Below, piece after piece: positions 58,402 through 64,000 of a stretch of DNA of 64,000 nucleotides. Each line of letters opens with the position of its first letter. The first letter of the stretch is position 1. Made by a program: the position numbers and the translations under genes. Source of the DNA: Antedon mediterranea (taxonomy: Eukaryota; Animalia; Echinodermata); the NCBI RefSeq assembly GCF_964355755.1, contig NC_092676.1:3883888-3947887 (forward strand). The letters are read 5' to 3'. Under the pieces are notes generated by a model, which was not told where the DNA came from, did not search any database, and saw only the letters and a list, made by a program, of their open reading frames with translations.

Positions 58402-58861
58402 AGTCAGTACCTCAACAAACACTATATTACATTATATTGTTTATAAAAAGACCTTGCAGAAATGCTAGCTTTATATTCTAGCATTTTTATTAGTTTGTAT
58501 AAGTTTAGTTTATTCCTTTTTATTTAGATTACATGGAACAGCAAGGAATCCTTACAATACTAATCATTATGTTGGTGGCTCAAGCGGTTCATCTGCGGCG
58601 GTATCTTCTGGTATATTCAACACTTTATAGAATTACTATATATGGACTGTTTAGGGGTATTTTTATTCTAACTATAGGCCTACTATTCTTAAAGATATTG
58701 TCCAACTAAAAAATGTGTTTTATTAAATTTTTTTTTTTAATATGCCATTTTAATGTCACATAATAGTTATTCACTTTGACCAAAAATTTGCTCGTCAGTA
58801 CGAGATGTAGCCCTAGCCTATGGTATGGTGTCGTGTAATATGTTTTTGAAGACATCTGTTA

Positions 58862-59021
58862 AGCTCTGTCTACACTATCAAACTAGTTTGACAAAAAAAG
58901 TGTGATGTGCCTAAATATGGTAGTGATATGTTTAAATATGGTAGTGATATGACATCATCATGTCCATATATGAGCACATCAGATTTTTTGTCACATAAAG
59001 TTTAATAGTGTAGACAGGGCT
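58862..59021. mobile_element. MITE family A
   Basis: TIRs; TTA duplication. Confidence 0.88.
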
Positions 59022-60687
59022 TTAGTCTCTTTGGTTTTCCATAAATGTTTAAAGGCATGGGAGTTTAGTGGTTAAGATTCTCTGTAACTCAATCTCATAG
59101 TAATTGGCTCAAATCATGATGTACTCATCTTTCTCCAACAAACAACACTCTTAAAGAGAAAGAAAAAATGTTTGTGTAAAAGGGGCAGTATGTTTTTTTT
59201 AATCGTATTTAGCTTTGGTTGCCGGTCCAGATCCTCGAGATCCTTTCACCGTTGACCAACCAGAAGTCACGCTTAAAAACTTTGATATATAAAATTGATC
59301 TCTACAACATCAAGATTGGAATTGATTGGCATTATTTTAGAGTAAGAAATTAATATTAAAAGATATCGACAGTTGGCAAACATTTCAACACATTGCTGGA
59401 CTGAGTACCCCATAAGGTCCGAATCAATTTTAGGGGAATTTTCATTTGAGAAATAAACCCATGTTTATCTCGACTTGTGTCTTAGTTACCATGAGAATAA
59501 ATCTTGTTCTGGGAGTTCCAGGATTTGAACCTGCACTCGGGTTGGTAGCAAGAATGTTAACCAGCAATGCTTCCATTATACCATAGATATTATTATACCA
59601 TATTTTCCATTATTATACTGTGCTATTATTTACTTAGTTCCGCGATTTTTAACTTTCTTTCAGGACCGCGATAAAGAGATCCTTAGCGCATGTGAAAAAG
59701 GTAATTCGTGGCGTTTGTCAAGCAGATGGTGCTACACAATGTTAACATGACAAAAATAAATGGATTCTTCTACACTCTCAATGATATACCTGTAGTTAGT
59801 GCTCCACAGTTCAACAATGACTTAGCGGAAAAGAGAAAGCATGTAACGTTTATTATTGATACGGAATATACTGGTGTCATGGTTCTGCTTGATGAGTGTG
59901 TCTGTTAACATGCACATTACCATCAACAAAATAGTTGTTGAGCAGGAAAATCTATTTTTTACTGCATGATGTCTGTAAAACTTGCTTACTACCTCACCAA
60001 CTCTTCTCCAAGATTTTTGTATTAAATTCTTTCCAAGCTGTCAAGCATCTGGAGATGAATGAAGCTAAGGTTATTGACGTACATTGAGATTCCAGAGTTG
60101 GAAGAAGCTAGAATTGGCCATCTCATTACATGCTTAGCAGAAATGAGTCCTAAAATTACAAATGCTCTATGTGACTACTACAATAAAATAGTAAGTAAAT
60201 TTTAGTTAGTGATCCTAAAAATGCTTGACAATTTCAGACGGCTTTAAATAAGGGCCTGTTCACACTACGGAATTAGAGGTTTTAATGTTCACCCCTACAC
60301 AGGTATATACTCATCAATAGGCCTGAACCTATTTTCAACAAAGTCTCAAGTATCTACTGTATGACGCTTATGATATGACGATTACGTTACGATGTTATGA
60401 TACAAAAGTTTCCATCCAATCAAATTGATTCCTGCATACCCGATATTTACCCACATAACTTCAAATTGTTGTACAGATATCAACATTTTATGCTCGATAT
60501 ATTTTTTCCCGATGCAGTCATGCGAATCCAGGTTGAACATGTCAGCAGCTAGCAACATATCAGCCACAGACTTTGTACGGGCGAATAAACAACGAACAAG
60601 AACTATCAACTTTCTGAAAGAAATTTATCAACAAGTAGATGTTATTATAACACCAGGTAAATTGGACCAGCCCCTGAACCCGCCTAA

Positions 60688-60843
60688 AGCCGATTTTCAA
60701 CTAGGCGAATTTGTTCGCGCGAATCTAAAGCGCCAGTTTGTACGCATGCGTATCCATGTTCACATCTTAATCCTTCTCTACGCATGTGTATTAGCTGACG
60801 CCTTTGATTCGCGCGAAAAAATTCGCCTAGTGGAAAATTGGCT
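60688..60843. mobile_element. MITE family D
   Basis: TIRs shared with 51442-51792. Confidence 0.75.
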
Positions 60844-61477
60844 GTAAGGACCACCAATTACTTTCCTAACATCTGATTACCATGTTGCAGAAGTAACAGT
60901 ATATGTAGTAGGGTACAGATGTGAAAAAGGATGGTAGAGTGAAAATTCGATACAGATATAAGCACGTTTTTGTGGAACAGTTTTTAAAGAAATAAAAGTT
61001 TCTGATTCTTAATCCAAATAAAGAGAAGGAAGTATGATTCAACGTACTGATTTTTATTGGATCAAAATCAGGAAAGATAATAATTCTAATAGGCAGATAG
61101 TAATAATTATAATAGTTAACACCAAGATATTATATATGCAAATGAGGATTGATGTAGAAACTTTGAATCATTGCTTCCTATATTGTTTGAAGTTGGTTTT
61201 ATCAAAGTGAATTTATTTCACACCCACCGTATACAACTCTATAGGCCTTAAACTTTTTAAACAAAGTTTCGAGGTACATAGTAATTAGCCTATACGTACT
61301 GTATGACGCTTACAATACAACGCTTGATACCAAACCAAACTTATACCAAAAATATTGTTCACTTTCATTTTTTAGGAACACTTATTGCATCTATTAAGTG
61401 CTTACACCTATACTCTGTATGGATGAGTGGATACACCTCAGTATTACACACCTATTAACCTATTTAAAACCTATTAA

Positions 61478-61821
61478 AGTAGTATTGTCCCCCTAAAAAA
61501 AATATATATTTTTTTTAAATTTTGTTGTTGAATAAGTCATTTTAATTAAACATACACATAATAGTTATTCACTTTGACCAAAAATTGGATCGGAGAAAAT
61601 GATTTACCTGAAAAATAGTAATTTTAAGTAAGAAAATGTAATAGTCAAATTGGGTGCCAGTCAATGGATTTTTAGGTTGAATTAAACCGTTTTATTTTAT
61701 TTTTTTTCGGGTTTTTTTTTTCTACAGAAATGATTAACTTTGTTAAAACTACAAAATGGCCTATTCAAGGTATGATATTTATTAATCTTTATTTTTCATC
61801 TTTTTGAGTGATAATTAATCT
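61478..61821. mobile_element. Kolobok-like MITE
   Basis: TTAA on both sides; homology to 17809-18161. Confidence 0.8.
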
Positions 61822-62133
61822 TTAAATAGGTATATTTTTGTGTTTTTAGGAACAGCTATTACAGCTCCTGAGATCCAGCCTGGAGATCTGACATAATATG
61901 GAACGTTTGACACGGACACTATAGTTGATTCAATGAGGTAAAGTTATAGGACCCTTAAACAAACTTTAAAATGTCAAAGTACTATAAAAGGCAATTTAAA
62001 AAAAACAATAAACAATATATTTTTGCTCCCTTGATTAAAAAATATATTATGTTTTTGTTTGCGTTGCGTCTACGTCCTTGCATTGGTTCCTAGTAGTGGG
62101 AATCAAGCTTTACTGTGAAGGCAGTAGACCTAA

Positions 62134-62272
62134 AGCTCTGTCCACACTATCAAACTAGAGTTTGACAAAAAAGTGTGATGTCCCCAAATATGGTAGTGAT
62201 ATATCATCATGTCCATATATGGGCACATCACATTTTTTTTGTCACATAAAGTTTGATAGTGGAGACAGAGCT
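62134..62272. mobile_element. MITE family A
   Basis: TIRs; TAA duplication. Confidence 0.88.
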
Positions 62273-63497
62273 TAAAACAGTTTATGACGTTGAATCCCAC
62301 AGCCCTTTTGACATAATAGTGACACTGTGGTATGGTAGTTTGCTTAATGGTTGAAAATCGGTTGTTTTTCTCGTTCTTTTTAACTAGGTATATGTTTTTG
62401 GGTGACTTTGTTGGTAATCCGTGTTTAGTGGTTCCCGTTGGATTCAGTCAGATGGGTTTGCCGATAAGTCTCCAGATCCATGGAAGATGGTGGGAAGAGG
62501 ATATAGTACTACTCATCGGAAATGTGGCGGAGATGGCTTGTCCACCTTGACCACAACAACCAGAGGTCTTTTACTCCTTGCTGTGAAAATAAATTTATTA
62601 TAGTAAATTAATATGGAAACAGGCTGTGGAAAGGACTTATTTCATCCAGGGAAAAAATATATAGGCCTAAATCGTAAAACTAAATTTGTATTTTAGTACA
62701 GTGCTAATTTTATATTTGTACTTTTATTTAGTCTAGTCTAGACTCTCTTAATGCTTGTAAAAGAAAATCATTGTGGCACTCATGGTGTGTCATAACTTCG
62801 ACTGAAATAATCTAGTTTCAATTCAATTCACATTTTCAATTCATAGTAAATTTTAAATGTTACTCTTTATGACATCATTTAATTCACGGCTGTTGATTTG
62901 ATGTAATTAGAACAAAATAAATACATTTTCTGAAGTTACCTTAAAAATGTTAATATAAATTATAGTAACATTTTTCTAATACTAAACAAACAGCTTATCA
63001 TTAAAATGTAAACATTTTATGTTGATATAAAGTTTGCGGTACACCAATATTTAAGTTCTGAACAGGAAGGACAATTAAATTGTAGGATATTTTAAATCTT
63101 TCTAAAGCTTTCGTTAGTGTCCAGGTAGAGGATCCATATTTTACTGTGTATTAATCCCTCGATCCACTGTAGCACAATAAAAAGATTGATAATTATTAGA
63201 ATGTATGATCAATAGACAATGTTGCCTATACCTAGCCTTTAAGATTAAGTGATTAATGCCCTCGGTTAGTGCTTTGCACACCAAACCTAACTCTTTTCAA
63301 AAATTTATATGTTGCTGGCGTGCCATATTTTTGTCAACAAAACTGCACGTGGACCTCCCATGGACTGTGCAGGTACGTATAGTGAATTCCAGGTAAGTAC
63401 GCCTTTTACCGGATGCGACATGCTTCGCTGCACGTAGCACATTGTGTTGTTTATCGAGAGTATAATCAGTAGTATTTGTAAGGAAAATTGACTCAAA

Positions 63498-64000
63498 ATG
63501 GACAACAACTATATTCATATTTCTACTGTTGTTGCCTCAACATGTATCCTTATGACAACCGTGTGGTTGTTCGCTATCCGGAGAAGTAGCAACACAAGAA
63601 GGCGCGTCGTAAAGAGACCCGTAGGTGAAGCTAGCTGCCGAAATTACAATATCGTGAAAGCGGTATGTATGGGCCTCTGGCCTGCGACCTACTGCTTGTC
63701 GGTCTTTCAATGTTTGGGCCTAGCCATATATATTGGTCTTACAACGTGCACTTCTTGATTAAAATTTTTGTTTTTACTTCTTTTAGACAGTACCAAGATT
63801 TTCCGGCTTGACACTAAAGTTTGCCACGACATTATCAAATTCTGTAAGTAGTTTTGAGTTTTATCATTCATAAGATTAAAAAGATTTGTTTATGCTTTTG
63901 ACTGCACAGATGGGTGCAGTTAGTTTAGTTGCAATCGGTTCTTTAGCCTTATGATAAAGAAAATTTGTGTTTGTTTTTTTTTTAGGTTCTTGGTGGTTTT
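63498..64000 (+). CDS. 5' exons of a second, tandem FAAH-like amidase paralogue (runs off the window)
   Basis: Exons 63498-63662, 63787-63843 and 63987 onward are closely similar to the first three exons of the pseudogene, in frame, with canonical splice sites. Confidence 0.8.

Larger units (their letters stand above)
55838..62586 (+). pseudogene. Amidase-signature family (plant FAAH-like) pseudogene
   Basis: Exon remnants at 55838-56002, 56129-56182, 56241-56275, 56491-~56685, 57005-57125, 58528-58610 (HGTARNPYN..GGSSGS), ~58787-58822, 59213-59341, 59664-59700, 60038-60190, 60518-60656, 61850-61937 and 62388-62586 (GLPISLQ..GRWWEE..PEVFYSLL). Stops at 57099, 61894 and 62548; frameshifts near 59290 and 60080; lost donor at ~56686; catalytic Lys and Ser-nucleophile exons not found. 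Confidence 0.88.

Overview
AT-rich, intron-containing eukaryotic DNA, most likely an invertebrate animal (Deu/Nin- and CORE-type SINEs, GT-AG introns); no prokaryotic operons, CRISPR or rRNA. The left ~36 kb has no recognisable host protein-coding exons. It is a dense patchwork of MITEs (Harbinger-like TWA-TSD, Kolobok-like TTAA-TSD, P-like 7-bp-TSD), tRNA-derived SINEs and LINE fragments, and may be the 5' introns of a large minus-strand gene. The right ~28 kb holds a cytosolic sulfotransferase (-, 287 aa, with a decayed LINE in its first intron), TFG (+, 399 aa), FAAP100 (-, 830 aa), a heavily decayed plant-type FAAH/amidase pseudogene (+), and the start of its tandem paralogue. Most unusual observations: a foldback element with two back-to-back minimal hammerhead-ribozyme motifs; a strongly enriched TAGGCCTA motif that behaves like an uncharacterised transposon excision footprint; a 216-nt highly structured element in a TFG intron bounded by candidate splice sites; a templated 38-bp insertion; and TE-linked loss of the amidase catalytic exons. 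Exon models and family names come from manual reading and recalled motifs; no database searches were run.
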